Source of the DNA: an uncultured Bacteroidota bacterium
GTDB lineage: Bacteria; Bacteroidota; Bacteroidia; Bacteroidales; P3
Reading direction: 5' to 3'
Length of the DNA: 64,000 bases
Assembly (NCBI GenBank): GCA_902800395.1
Contig: CADCEC010000009.1
Coordinates: 10,488 to 74,487 of the forward strand
Shown here: one piece after another, positions 16,829-26,357 of the stretch
How the letters are laid out: the number at the start of each line of letters is the position of its first letter
Numbering within the stretch: the stretch's first letter is position 1
Notes under the pieces: model-generated
Databases searched by the model: none
What the model was told of the DNA's origin: nothing
The model's input: only the letters and a program-made list of their open reading frames with translations
Translations under genes and position numbers: made by a program

Positions 16829-16863
16829 GAAGAAGCCTTCCCCGATACGGGGAAGGCTTCTTC
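16829..16863 (-). terminator. 16-bp GC-rich hairpin downstream of the T9SS cargo gene
   Basis: GAAGAAGCCTTCCCCG-ata-CGGGGAAGGCTTCTTC, with T/A tracts on both sides. Confidence 0.7.
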
Positions 16864-16880
16864 TATTGGTATTCAAGAAT

Positions 16881-19800
16881 TTACTTGATAACTTCAACGG
16901 CGCCGTTATGCTCGATATTGCCATTATAGCCCTGAGCGGAGAAGCGGTAGAAGTAGGTTCCGGCGGGAAGGCCGGCGGGATCCCAGAAGTCCGCATCGGA
17001 GGAGATGTTCTCCTTGTGGTAGACACGGGTGCCCCACTTGTTGTAGATATCAAGGCTGTTGACAGGATAGCCCATGCCGTCGAGGAGGTTCAGGATAACG
17101 AAACGGTCGTTGATACCGTCGCCGTTGGGAGTGACGACATTGGGGAACTGGAGGAAGTCGTTGACCACGAGCACAGAGTTGGCAGCAGTGTCGGAGCAGT
17201 AAATCATATTGCCCGAGGGCGCCAAGTTATCGGTGCGGGCGATGAGACGCACGCCATAGGTGCCCGACACTTCGCCTTCGTTGGCGTACTGCGAGAAGTT
17301 GAAGGTGGCATCATGTCCCGTCAGGGTCTCGACAGAGAGCGGATTGTCGCGGTTGTACTGCACTTCCCAGAAGTAGTTGGTGGTGCGCACGTCGGGCGTG
17401 GTGTTGTTGCGGAAATGTACCACGGGGTTAAGCACCGAGGGATAGACAGGCTCCCACGAGAATGCCGCCTGAGGAGTGGGATAGACCACGACGCCTGCAT
17501 CAGAGACAATGGAGTCGACACATCCGTCGTCAGAATAGGCATAATATTTCAGTGTGTAGACACCCTCGGAATAGGTATGTGTGGGACTTTCGAGTTCGGA
17601 AGTCACACCGTCGCCGAAGACCCAAAGGTACTTGGTGGCATCGGTGGATTTGTTGTCGAAGGTGAGCGTCAAGGGATCACAACCCTCGAAGGTGAAGGGG
17701 ATGGGAGCAAAGTTGGGGAGCGGCTGGGTGCGGAGTGATACATTGATGGTGTCGCGGGTTTCGCAAACCAGCTGAGCCTGGGTGTTCGTCACATTGACGA
17801 CATAACGGACATCTCCACCGGGTTCATATTTGGTCTCAATGGCGGGGGTGTTCTGACCAAAGGGTTCCCAGACATAGGAGTAGTTCTGCATAGCAGTGTG
17901 GCGGTCGGTGGCGTCGAGGACAGCCTGGTTGACACCACAGAGGGCGAAGTCTTCACCCAAATTGGGCTGCGGCGTCCAGTAGGTGGTGATTTGGGTGGCG
18001 GTATCCCATATGCAACCGAAGTCGTCGTACACGAACACATCGATGGGGAAGACACCGGCGGTATCGGGCGAGAGGATGTAGGAGATGGTGGGAGTGGCTT
18101 TGTTGACCATGAGGCCACGATAGTGACCGAGGTCGTAGTCGTGGTACTGCGGAGCGGGATTAGGACGCCAGATAAGGGAGTCGATACCGACGTTATATTT
18201 GCAGTCGTCATCCATGGCGACGTTACAAATATCCATGGCCCAATTGAAAATCCAGCCGTTATCAATACCCCAGGTATCGTAGACACGCACTTTCCATTCG
18301 CCATTCAGGGGACAACCCACAAGTTCATTAAACGTAGTATACGGCAGATAATAGTCTTCCTTGTCGAGGTGATTACTAGGTTTGCGGGTAGTTCCACTTA
18401 ATACAGACGGTACCTGTCCAGCATAGGTTCCCCAAGAATGGCTTACACCCATCGGGTCGATGTAATCGGAAGGCATCGGATTGAATGGAGGAGCATCGGA
18501 TGTTGGGAGCGTATTGAGGCCGGGATGGTTATCGCAAATATAGAAGTCACCAGCAGGACGCGGATTGGACGCATTCCAGACAGTGCCAGCATTGCTGCCG
18601 TCAATAAGAGTATAGTGAGCATCGCGGCTCCAGCAATAGTCCATACCCACACCATAAGGGTTCTCCCAAGGGTTACCACAACGATTTTCCATGCCATCCT
18701 CGGTGGGCCATCCCAGATAGGTTCCACTACCATGCCCACCACCACCTTGACCGGGCTGATAGGGATATTCTCCTTGGGTATCCTCTTCGGGACGAGCGGG
18801 AAGGCCTTGAGGAGAACAACTAGAGGGGTTACCGAATTTTATGAGAGCCTCCTGTCCTGTGGGGCAGACAAGGGTGATATAGATGTCGCCCATAAAGGAA
18901 TGCTCCATATTGATACAAATGGAACAGATATCCTTGGCGGAGTTCACTCGACGGCTGTTGGGGAACTCGGTGAAGGTAACGGGAGCTTCGAAATAGTCGC
19001 CCTGCGGACAGCCGCATCCATCGGGAATAAACACAACTGCCTCGTAGGTCTTCGACACCGCCTGGTCGGTCTCAATCTCGCGCAGTGTCAGGGTGGCGTT
19101 CTCGCCTGAATAACCCATATTGACCATCAGCGAATCGCGGTTGCAGATATCCGCCAGGGTAAAAATAGTCTTGATGGGGTTGGCTGAGGTGCGGACCTTG
19201 ATGGAGGTCAACAAGCCTGTGCCACAGCCGTAGGAGTCCTTGATGTCAAGCACCATGTCGAAACAGCCGGTTTTCTGATAACCAGTGTACGAATCCTGAT
19301 CGTCGGGAATGGTTTGGGTTCTTCCAATGCCAGTGATGGAATCGTTTTCGTTGGCCATATCCCATACGAAATAACTGGTGGCATCGCTGGGATTGTAGTA
19401 GCCGTACCGGTGGGTGTACTCACCATGGCCATTGAAAATCACGCCATCGCCGATGCAGAGGTGGGCTCCCAAGAAGCGAATAGTATCGATAGAGGTATAG
19501 CCTTGCGAGTGGTCTTCATCATCGATCCAATTCGTGTCGGGCTGTTCCACTTCACGCACGTAAGCAGAGTCGTAGATAACACCATTGCGGACACGATAAT
19601 ACTTATCCTCGATAACTGGAGTCACTTTTTCACAGGGCTTTCTACACAATAAACCCAGAGCAAAACCTTTACCTATGCCGTTTCTGTTCTCATAGCAGGG
19701 CAGGCTGGTACGCTCGGAGCGGGAGAGGTCGTCGGTGACAAAACGAATGGTAACCGCACCAGAGGTATTGGAGGGCGAAACAAAGATTAAATCACCTTCA

Positions 19801-20171
19801 CGAACTCCACCATACTCATTGTTAAACTTCTTCAGCAGAGGCGAAGCAGTGCTGGGGCCATCATAAATATACAAGGTGTCGAGACAATGGATAGAAAGCT
19901 CATTCACCGAGATGCATAGATGGGTATCGGCACCCGTACAAGCACTTTGAACAGTCAGATAATAATCCACGCCACGTGCGGGAGAGCCTGCGTCTGGTGC
20001 TCCGGCTCCCTGCGAATCGTCGTCGCGGATGGTTACTGTGCCTCCAAGATCTTCCATGGAGATGGTGGTGCCGTTGGTCGTGTTATCCAAGCGGATCAAG
20101 TCCTCCTGCGCACGGAGCGGCGACAGCAACGCAAATACGGCCAAAATCGGAAGAGCAACGAACTTTTTCAT
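16881..20171 (-). CDS. Large secreted protein with a proprotein-convertase P-like domain, a PKD domain and a T9SS type-B C-terminal sorting domain
   Basis: Signal peptide MKKFVALPILAVFALLSPLRAQ. P-domain-like HSFMGDIYITLVCPTGQ. PKD-like YLWVFGDGVTS..PTHTY. C-terminus FPNVVTPNGDGINDRF...IYNKWGTRVY. Confidence 0.8.
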   Translation of the reverse strand: MKKFVALPILAVFALLSPLRAQEDLIRLDNTTNGTTISMEDLGGTVTIRDDDSQGAGAPDAGSPARGVDYYLTVQSACTGADTHLCISVNELSIHCLDTLYIYDGPSTASPLLKKFNNEYGGVREGDLIFVSPSNTSGAVTIRFVTDDLSRSERTSLPCYENRNGIGKGFALGLLCRKPCEKVTPVIEDKYYRVRNGVIYDSAYVREVEQPDTNWIDDEDHSQGYTSIDTIRFLGAHLCIGDGVIFNGHGEYTHRYGYYNPSDATSYFVWDMANENDSITGIGRTQTIPDDQDSYTGYQKTGCFDMVLDIKDSYGCGTGLLTSIKVRTSANPIKTIFTLADICNRDSLMVNMGYSGENATLTLREIETDQAVSKTYEAVVFIPDGCGCPQGDYFEAPVTFTEFPNSRRVNSAKDICSICINMEHSFMGDIYITLVCPTGQEALIKFGNPSSCSPQGLPARPEEDTQGEYPYQPGQGGGGHGSGTYLGWPTEDGMENRCGNPWENPYGVGMDYCWSRDAHYTLIDGSNAGTVWNASNPRPAGDFYICDNHPGLNTLPTSDAPPFNPMPSDYIDPMGVSHSWGTYAGQVPSVLSGTTRKPSNHLDKEDYYLPYTTFNELVGCPLNGEWKVRVYDTWGIDNGWIFNWAMDICNVAMDDDCKYNVGIDSLIWRPNPAPQYHDYDLGHYRGLMVNKATPTISYILSPDTAGVFPIDVFVYDDFGCIWDTATQITTYWTPQPNLGEDFALCGVNQAVLDATDRHTAMQNYSYVWEPFGQNTPAIETKYEPGGDVRYVVNVTNTQAQLVCETRDTINVSLRTQPLPNFAPIPFTFEGCDPLTLTFDNKSTDATKYLWVFGDGVTSELESPTHTYSEGVYTLKYYAYSDDGCVDSIVSDAGVVVYPTPQAAFSWEPVYPSVLNPVVHFRNNTTPDVRTTNYFWEVQYNRDNPLSVETLTGHDATFNFSQYANEGEVSGTYGVRLIARTDNLAPSGNMIYCSDTAANSVLVVNDFLQFPNVVTPNGDGINDRFVILNLLDGMGYPVNSLDIYNKWGTRVYHKENISSDADFWDPAGLPAGTYFYRFSAQGYNGNIEHNGAVEVIK

Positions 20172-20209
20172 AGTACAATCATTTTAATGTTCATACAAAC
20201 GCAGAAATC

Positions 20210-20665
20210 TTATTTTGCCCATTTTTTTAAAACCTCGTCGGCAATAACACTCATCTCATACGTCGAGCGGAGAACAAGGTAAGGATGTGCCGAGCCAGGG
20301 GTTCTGAAACAGACCCTCTCCTCGACTGAGTGATTGCGACCCTGAAAAACGGCGAAGTTGTAGGCATAGTAGCTCAGCGTGTTCAAATCGACAACGAAAT
20401 TCTCGGGCAGAGTCTCACCCGTGGCGAGAGAGCGCACCTCGGAGATGTTATAGACAGCCAATCCAGTGGGAATGGTGTCGCTCTCGATGAAAGCGGCAGT
20501 GGCATAAGTACAACGCCATTCGAATTTGTCAGGTGCGATGTTTCGATGATTATTCAACTTTTCCATATTCCCCTTGAAAAAGGGCAACATGATAGCCTCG
20601 CAATCTTGTGCATACGCCCCAAAGGCGGCCATGAAGAGAGCGGTAAAAACGACCAATTTTTTCAT
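20210..20665 (-). CDS. Hypothetical secreted protein
   Basis: Signal peptide MKKLVVFTALFMAAFGAYAQ and coding-like codon bias. I recognise no family. Confidence 0.5.
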   Translation of the reverse strand: MKKLVVFTALFMAAFGAYAQDCEAIMLPFFKGNMEKLNNHRNIAPDKFEWRCTYATAAFIESDTIPTGLAVYNISEVRSLATGETLPENFVVDLNTLSYYAYNFAVFQGRNHSVEERVCFRTPGSAHPYLVLRSTYEMSVIADEVLKKWAK

Positions 20666-20754
20666 ATCAATTCCTTTCTTTTTGATTCAACAATTTTTTT
20701 CCCTTCACTATATAGACGGCGAGGTGCCGTTTTTGGGTCAAAATTTAACAATTA

Positions 20755-21354
20755 TTAAGCTTTTTTAACATTTCGGCTGCGCAAATGATTGATGAGAGCC
20801 ATCAGAAAACCGAGGCAGAGGAAGCCTCCGGCGGGGAGAATCATCAGTAGCATGCCATCGGCGCCGCCGATGAGGCTGATGCCAAAGAAGCAACCCGTGC
20901 CGAGGAGTTCGCGCACCATACCCAGAAGCGTCAACGCCCAGGTGAAGCCGAGACCCATGAAGAGGCCGTCGAGAGCGGAATGTCCGACACTATTCTTCGA
21001 GGCAAAGGCTTCGGCACGGCCGAGGACGATGCAGTTCACCACGATGAGGGGGATGAAGAGGCCGAGGGTCTCGTACATATCGGGCATAAAGGCCTGCATA
21101 ACCATCTGGACGATGGTGACGAAGGTGGCGATGATGACGATGAAGGCCGGAATACGCACCTTGTCGGGGATGACGCTCTTAAGGAGCGAGATGACGATAT
21201 TAGACATCAGGAGCACAAAGGTCGTGGCAAGACCCATCATCATGCCGTTGATGGCCGAGGTGGTGGTGGCCAGCGTGGGGCACATGCCGAGGATGAGCAC
21301 CCATGTGGGGTTCTCTTTGATAAGACCGTTCTTGATTATATCTTTTGCTTTCAT
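20755..21354 (-). CDS. rnfE: Rnf electron-transport complex subunit E
   Basis: LGMCPTLATTTSAINGMMMGLATT, IPAFIVIIATFVT, and FIPLIVVNCIVLGRAEAFASK. These match RnfE/RsxE, not RnfA. Confidence 0.9.
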   Translation of the reverse strand: MKAKDIIKNGLIKENPTWVLILGMCPTLATTTSAINGMMMGLATTFVLLMSNIVISLLKSVIPDKVRIPAFIVIIATFVTIVQMVMQAFMPDMYETLGLFIPLIVVNCIVLGRAEAFASKNSVGHSALDGLFMGLGFTWALTLLGMVRELLGTGCFFGISLIGGADGMLLMILPAGGFLCLGFLMALINHLRSRNVKKA

Positions 21355-21363
21355 AAGGCGATG

Positions 21364-21975
21364 TTATTTATTGAGGACTGACTGCAGATTGGTGTAAGCT
21401 TTGTTGACACTGCGGAGGAAGGCTCGCGAAGTAATGGTTGAGCCGGTGATGGCGTCGACATCACCACCGTCTTTCTTGACGGTGAGGGGTCTGGCATGCT
21501 CGACAGAGACGATGTCGCCCTTGCCGCCTTTCACGAACCAATCGCCAGCCTTGGCGCCGAGACCCGGGGTCTCGTTGCTCTCGAGAATGCTGTAGCCATA
21601 GACGTTGCCGTCCTTGTCGAAGCCGACCATCACCTTGAGCGGACCACCAAAGCCATTGGGGTCGGAAGTCTCAACCGCCGCTCCGGCGTATTCGCCATCG
21701 GCAGTATAGGCTATATGACACACAACACTTTCACCGTTGACATCCACGGCAGTGTCTTTCAACGTTTCATATTTGATGGATTCCGTCACCTGCCCGTTCT
21801 CATCGACCTGCTGTAGCACATCGGCGATAGCTTTCTTCACCTTGTTTTCCTTGGCAACCTGGATGGGCTCCTCGGTGACGGCATTCATCAGCGCCAGGGC
21901 CGCGGCAGCCACCAGGGCAATCGCCGTCAGCGAGAGGAGCATATTGACTAATGTAGATTGAGCTTTCTTTGCCAT
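21364..21975 (-). CDS. rnfG: Rnf complex subunit G (FMN-binding)
   Basis: N-terminal TM helix, ETPGLG, and the FMN attachment motif AITGSTITSRAF. Confidence 0.85.
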   Translation of the reverse strand: MAKKAQSTLVNMLLSLTAIALVAAAALALMNAVTEEPIQVAKENKVKKAIADVLQQVDENGQVTESIKYETLKDTAVDVNGESVVCHIAYTADGEYAGAAVETSDPNGFGGPLKVMVGFDKDGNVYGYSILESNETPGLGAKAGDWFVKGGKGDIVSVEHARPLTVKKDGGDVDAITGSTITSRAFLRSVNKAYTNLQSVLNK

Positions 21976-21978
21976 AAT

Positions 21979-22016
21979 GTTGATACGTTTATACGTTGAT
22001 ATGTTAATAAGTTAAC
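21979..22016. repeat. ATACGTTGAT-type repeat filling the rnfD/rnfG spacer
   Basis: gttgatacgtttatacgttgatatgttaataagttaac. Confidence 0.65.
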
Positions 22017-23016
22017 AGGCAAAACGTTGGGGTTTGCACCAGCGGTTGATGAGCGGAGTGACGCTGTTCATCAGCAGGATGGCGAAGCTGACGCCTTCGG
22101 GATAGGCACCCCAGGTGCGGATGATGACCGTCAGCAGGCCACAACCCACGCCGAAGATAAGTTGTCCGCTCTTGGCCATAGGCGAGGTAACCATATCGGT
22201 GGCCATGAAACAGGCGCCGAGCATGATGCCACCGGTAAGGATGGTGGTCAAGGGGTCGATATAGCCTACAAGCTGATTGACGCCGTCGACGGCCTCCACA
22301 TGTATGGGATTCACCAGCCAGAGGATGCAGCTAAAGATGGCTGCGGTACCGATGAAGGCCACGGGGATGTGCCAGGAGATGACTTTCTTCCACAGCAGGA
22401 AGGCGGTGCCGAGGAGGATAGCCAGAGCCGACACCTCTCCGAAGGAGCCTCCAATGCCACCGAGGAACATATCCCAGACTTCGGGTAAATTGTCCAAAGC
22501 TTCTGCACCACGCTCCTTGAGCATGCCCAGGGGCGTGGGGCCTGTCACGGTGTCGAGACCGAAGAACTGGACTTTCGAAATGTCGGGCCAGGTGGTCATC
22601 TGCACGGGGAAGGAGATGAGCAGGAAGACACGACCCACCAAGGCGGGATTGAAGGGGTTCTTGCCGAGGCCGCCGAAAGCCATCTTGCCGACACCGATAG
22701 CCACGAGGGCACCGATAACAACAATCCACATCATGCTGGCCGTGGCCGGCACATTGAAAGCCAGCAGGAGACCAGTGACGATAGCCGAGCCGTCGCACAC
22801 GGTGCTGGGCACTTTCAGTATATACTTCTCAATCAGCCACTGGAAGAGCATGCAGCTCAACACCGAGATGACGCTGATGAGCAACGCACTGATTCCAAAG
22901 TAGGCAATAGCCACCAGCAAGGCCGGTATCAAGGCCATGTTGACGCGCCACATGATTTTCTTGGTCGACTCGTCGCTATGCACATGGGGCGAGCCCGATA
23001 TATTTAATAGATTCAT
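22012..23016 (-). CDS. rnfD: Rnf complex subunit D
   Basis: Polytopic membrane protein with SGSPH, GLGKNPFNPALVGR, and FMATDMVTSP. Confidence 0.9.
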   Translation of the reverse strand: MNLLNISGSPHVHSDESTKKIMWRVNMALIPALLVAIAYFGISALLISVISVLSCMLFQWLIEKYILKVPSTVCDGSAIVTGLLLAFNVPATASMMWIVVIGALVAIGVGKMAFGGLGKNPFNPALVGRVFLLISFPVQMTTWPDISKVQFFGLDTVTGPTPLGMLKERGAEALDNLPEVWDMFLGGIGGSFGEVSALAILLGTAFLLWKKVISWHIPVAFIGTAAIFSCILWLVNPIHVEAVDGVNQLVGYIDPLTTILTGGIMLGACFMATDMVTSPMAKSGQLIFGVGCGLLTVIIRTWGAYPEGVSFAILLMNSVTPLINRWCKPQRFAC

Positions 23017-23037
23017 ATTATAATAATATTTTCAGGG

Positions 23038-24366
23038 TTATTTTTTTGCGGCCATCATGGCGCGGACTTTGTTCTTGCCGAGGCGTATTTCGTCAGTAAG
23101 AGGCTTGTTGGCCGGACAGCTAAAGAAGCAGCAGCCGCACTCGATGCAGTCGAGGATGTTGTGCTCCTTGGCCTCCTCGATGCGGTTATTCTTCACCAAC
23201 ACCGAGAACATGTAGGGCTCGAGTCCCATGGGACAGGCGTGCATGCACTTGCCGCAGCGGATGCAAGCCGTCTCGGGGTTGCGGCGCGCCTCATTCTCAT
23301 CCATGACGAGGACGCTGGAGTTACCCTTCACGGTGGGGGCATCAAGGTTCACCACGGCTTTGCCCATCATGGTACCACCGCTAATCACCTTACCTGTGGT
23401 GGCAGGCAACACGCCGATGGTGTGCTTGATGATGTCGTTATAGGTGGTACCGATGCGAACCAGACAGTTGTGCTGCGAAGGCAACTTCTTGCCCGTCACA
23501 GTGAGGATATTCTCGATGAGAGGTTTGTTCTTCTGAATGGCCTCGTAGACCGCGAAGGCGGTGCCGAGGTTGGAAACCACGCAGCCCACGTCGATAGGCA
23601 ACTTACCGCTGGGCACTTTGCGGCCGGTGACGGCGTTAATAAGCTGCTTCTCGGCGCCCTGCGGGTATTTCACTTTTAGGGGCTCGACGACGATGCCTTC
23701 GAACTGCTTAGCCATATCCTGCATCTTGGCGATGGCCTGGGGCTTGTTGCTCTCGATGCCGATATAGGCGTTGGGAACACCCAAGGCCTTGCGCAGGATG
23801 CTCACACCGATGCACACCTCTTCGGCATGCTCCATCATGACGCGATAGTCGGAGGTGAGGTAAGGCTCACACTCGGCGGCGTTGATGATGAGGTATTCGG
23901 CCTTCTTGCCTTCCGGCACATTATATTTGATATGGGCGGGGAAGGTGGCACCACCGAGTCCCACGATGCCCATCTCTTTCAGCTTGTCGACAATCTGTTT
24001 CGGCTCCAGCGTGCATTCACGCTTGATGTCAGGTGTGCGGTCGATGGTTTCCATCCACTCGTCGCCTTCGACGTTGATATAAACAGCAGGCTTGGCTAGG
24101 CCGAACGCGTCCTTGCAGGGTTCCACTTTTAGCACCGTGCCGCTCACGGGCGAATGGACATTGGCGCACATGAAGGCCTGGGCTTCACCAATAAGCTGAC
24201 CCACCTTAACCTTGTCGCCCTTCTGCACAATCGGGGTGGCGGGAGCACCGAGGTGCTGGTTCATCAGCACCACCATCTGCGCCGGTACCGGCATCACCTC
24301 GATGGCGGCATCGTTGGATATCTTGTTTTCTTCGGGGTGGACACCACCCATTTTGAAAGTCTTCAT
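23038..24366 (-). CDS. rnfC: Rnf complex subunit C
   Basis: GLGGATFP NADH/FMN site, AECEPYLT, and two 4Fe-4S motifs (CIRCGKCMHACP, CIECGCCFFSCP). Confidence 0.9.
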   Translation of the reverse strand: MKTFKMGGVHPEENKISNDAAIEVMPVPAQMVVLMNQHLGAPATPIVQKGDKVKVGQLIGEAQAFMCANVHSPVSGTVLKVEPCKDAFGLAKPAVYINVEGDEWMETIDRTPDIKRECTLEPKQIVDKLKEMGIVGLGGATFPAHIKYNVPEGKKAEYLIINAAECEPYLTSDYRVMMEHAEEVCIGVSILRKALGVPNAYIGIESNKPQAIAKMQDMAKQFEGIVVEPLKVKYPQGAEKQLINAVTGRKVPSGKLPIDVGCVVSNLGTAFAVYEAIQKNKPLIENILTVTGKKLPSQHNCLVRIGTTYNDIIKHTIGVLPATTGKVISGGTMMGKAVVNLDAPTVKGNSSVLVMDENEARRNPETACIRCGKCMHACPMGLEPYMFSVLVKNNRIEEAKEHNILDCIECGCCFFSCPANKPLTDEIRLGKNKVRAMMAAKK

Positions 24367-24374
24367 TTCTTGTC

Positions 24375-24409
24375 TAATTTGGAATTAGAAATTAGGAATT
24401 AGGAATTGG
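24375..24409. repeat. (TTAGGAA/TTAGAAA)n heptamer repeat across the rnfB stop and up to the rnfC start region
   Basis: taatttggaattagaaattaggaattaggaattgg. Confidence 0.85.
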
Positions 24410-25301
24410 ACTGAGCGGCAGGAGCCTCGGTAGCGGGGGCGGGAGCCTCGGCGGGCTTCGGAGCTTCAGGCTTCTTGGCGGGAGCCGGGAAGTTAACGTC
24501 AGTGATAGCATGCACGGGGCACTCGGTGACGCATTTGCGGCAGGCCTTGCACTTCGTGAAGTCGATATAGGCCAGGTTGTCGGTCACCGTGATAGCCTCG
24601 AAGGGACAAACCTTGGCACACTTGCCACAGCCGATACAGGCGTTCTTGCAGGTCTTCATAGCCACAGCGCCCTTCTCCTTGTTGATGCAGCGCACAAAGA
24701 CGCGGCGACCCTTATTGCCCTTGTTGCGCAGCTCGATGACACGGCGAGGACAAGCTTTGGCGCAGGCGCCGCAGGCGGTGCATTTGTCTTCGTCGACTAC
24801 GGGAGTGCCTGTCTCGGCATCCATGTGGATGGCGTCGAACTGGCAAGCGGCCACACAGTCGCCGCAGCCCAAGCAGCCGAAGGGGCAGCCGTTCTCACCA
24901 GTGTAAACCGTTGCCGCAAAAGCGCAGCTGCGGAGGCCGTCATAGTTGGAGCGACGGTTCTCGCCACAGTTGGCGGGATGGCAGCGCACCACAGCCACCT
25001 GGGGTTCGCCCTGCTCGACGGCGCAGCCGAGGAGTTCGGCAATCTTGGCCGCCACAGCATCACCACCGGGGGCACAACGCAGACCCTCGAGGCTATGCTG
25101 AGCCACACAGGCCTCGGCAAAAGCACGGCAGCCGGCCTTACCACAACCGCCGCAGTTCGCGCCGGGTAGCACCTCGGCGACCTCATCAATCAGTGGGTCT
25201 TCCACCACCTTGAACTTTTGGGCTACAAAATAGAGCACCACGGCGAAGAAAGCGCCTATCGCGCCTAACACAATCACCGCTATCAAGATTTGTTGAGTCA
25301 T
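24399..25301 (-). CDS. rnfB: Rnf complex subunit B (polyferredoxin)
   Basis: N-terminal TM helix, LPGANCGGCG, and several CxxCxxCxxxCP motifs. Ala/Pro-rich C-terminal tail. Confidence 0.9.
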   Translation of the reverse strand: MTQQILIAVIVLGAIGAFFAVVLYFVAQKFKVVEDPLIDEVAEVLPGANCGGCGKAGCRAFAEACVAQHSLEGLRCAPGGDAVAAKIAELLGCAVEQGEPQVAVVRCHPANCGENRRSNYDGLRSCAFAATVYTGENGCPFGCLGCGDCVAACQFDAIHMDAETGTPVVDEDKCTACGACAKACPRRVIELRNKGNKGRRVFVRCINKEKGAVAMKTCKNACIGCGKCAKVCPFEAITVTDNLAYIDFTKCKACRKCVTECPVHAITDVNFPAPAKKPEAPKPAEAPAPATEAPAAQSNS

Positions 25302-25366
25302 GTTATTATTTTGTGTTTTAGGTTTCTACTACGTTTTTACAAATAAAATATTCCAATAAGCGATTG

Positions 25367-25374
25367 CAAAAGTA
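25367..25374 (-). promoter_or_regulatory. -7 promoter box TACTTTTG (rnf operon)
   Basis: Reverse complement of CAAAAGTA, 66 nt upstream of the rnfB ATG. Confidence 0.5.
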
Positions 25375-25500
25375 CGCAAAATATATGGAACGGCAAAATT
25401 TTTTTTTCCACATACCCTGTTCAAGACATTTTTCAGGGAGCTTTTTTGAGACTTTTTTATCTTTTTTGAAAAAAAATTTGGTCAGTTCATTTTTTTTGTG

Positions 25501-25508
25501 TAATTTTG
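25501..25508 (+). promoter_or_regulatory. -7 promoter box TAATTTTG (usp)
   Basis: TAnnTTTG, 28 nt upstream of the ATG at 25536. Confidence 0.5.
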
Positions 25509-25535
25509 TACCCTCAAACAACAATGCATTGTGTT

Positions 25536-26357
25536 ATGAACAAAGTAGTAGTAGGCTTTGATTTTTCCTCGGGTTCGGCCTATGCCGTCGACCTGGCTAT
25601 CGACATCGCCAACCGCTGGCAAAACGACATCCGGCTGGTTTATGTGAAAGAAAAAAAGGAAGACGAGGCTCCCATCCGGGCCGAAATTGAGCGTCGCAAC
25701 GCCGGCGTGGCACACCTGCTCAAAGGCATCAAACTGGAATACGTTTTGCGTCAGGGCAATCCGTCTGAAGAACTGGCCAAACAAGCCGAGGAGGATGAGG
25801 CCAGCCTCCTCATCGTCGGCACCCATGGTATGGGCGGCCTCAAGAAAGGCATTCTGGGACGCAACACCTACCGCACCGTCGAGCTCTCGCCTGTGCCCGT
25901 GCTGCTTATTCGCGAAGACTTCAACTTCAACAAGGCCCTCGAAACCATCGTTGTGCCTCTCGACAGCAGTGACGACACCCGTCAGAAAGCCGCACAGGCT
26001 GCCACCTTCGCCAAAAGTTTCGGCTCCACCATCCACCTCCTCGGGCTCTACACCTCTTCGGCCCCCAGCGTGCGCCAAGTGGTGAAGAACTACGTCGGCA
26101 TGGTGCAGCGCTACCTCAGCAAGAACAACATCGAATTCGTCACCGAATACATCGATGTCAAGGGCAATGTCACCACCGACACCATCGAGTATGCCAACAA
26201 AGTGAATGCCGACATGATAGCCATCATGACCGAACAGGAGAGCTCTCTTTCCTCGCTCATCATGGGCACCTTCGCCCAGCAGATGCTCTCGCAGTCGACC
26301 ATTCCCGTGCTTACCGTGCGTCCTCGCAAGGTGCTTGCCGATACGGCCAACTACTAA
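25536..26357 (+). CDS. Universal stress protein (tandem UspA domains)
   Basis: LLIVGTHGMGGLKK...SPVPVLLI and a second Usp half. I prefer the ATG at 25536, downstream of the -7 box at 25501. Confidence 0.8.
   Translation: MNKVVVGFDFSSGSAYAVDLAIDIANRWQNDIRLVYVKEKKEDEAPIRAEIERRNAGVAHLLKGIKLEYVLRQGNPSEELAKQAEEDEASLLIVGTHGMGGLKKGILGRNTYRTVELSPVPVLLIREDFNFNKALETIVVPLDSSDDTRQKAAQAATFAKSFGSTIHLLGLYTSSAPSVRQVVKNYVGMVQRYLSKNNIEFVTEYIDVKGNVTTDTIEYANKVNADMIAIMTEQESSLSSLIMGTFAQQMLSQSTIPVLTVRPRKVLADTANY

Noticed and set aside
25318-25524. A 68-aa Lys-rich ORF in the rnfB/usp divergent region, considered as a possible small RseC-like or regulatory peptide.
   Set aside because: It is the translation of AT-rich promoter DNA containing both -7 boxes. 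It has no hydrophobic segment as expected for RseC, and no coding-like codon bias.
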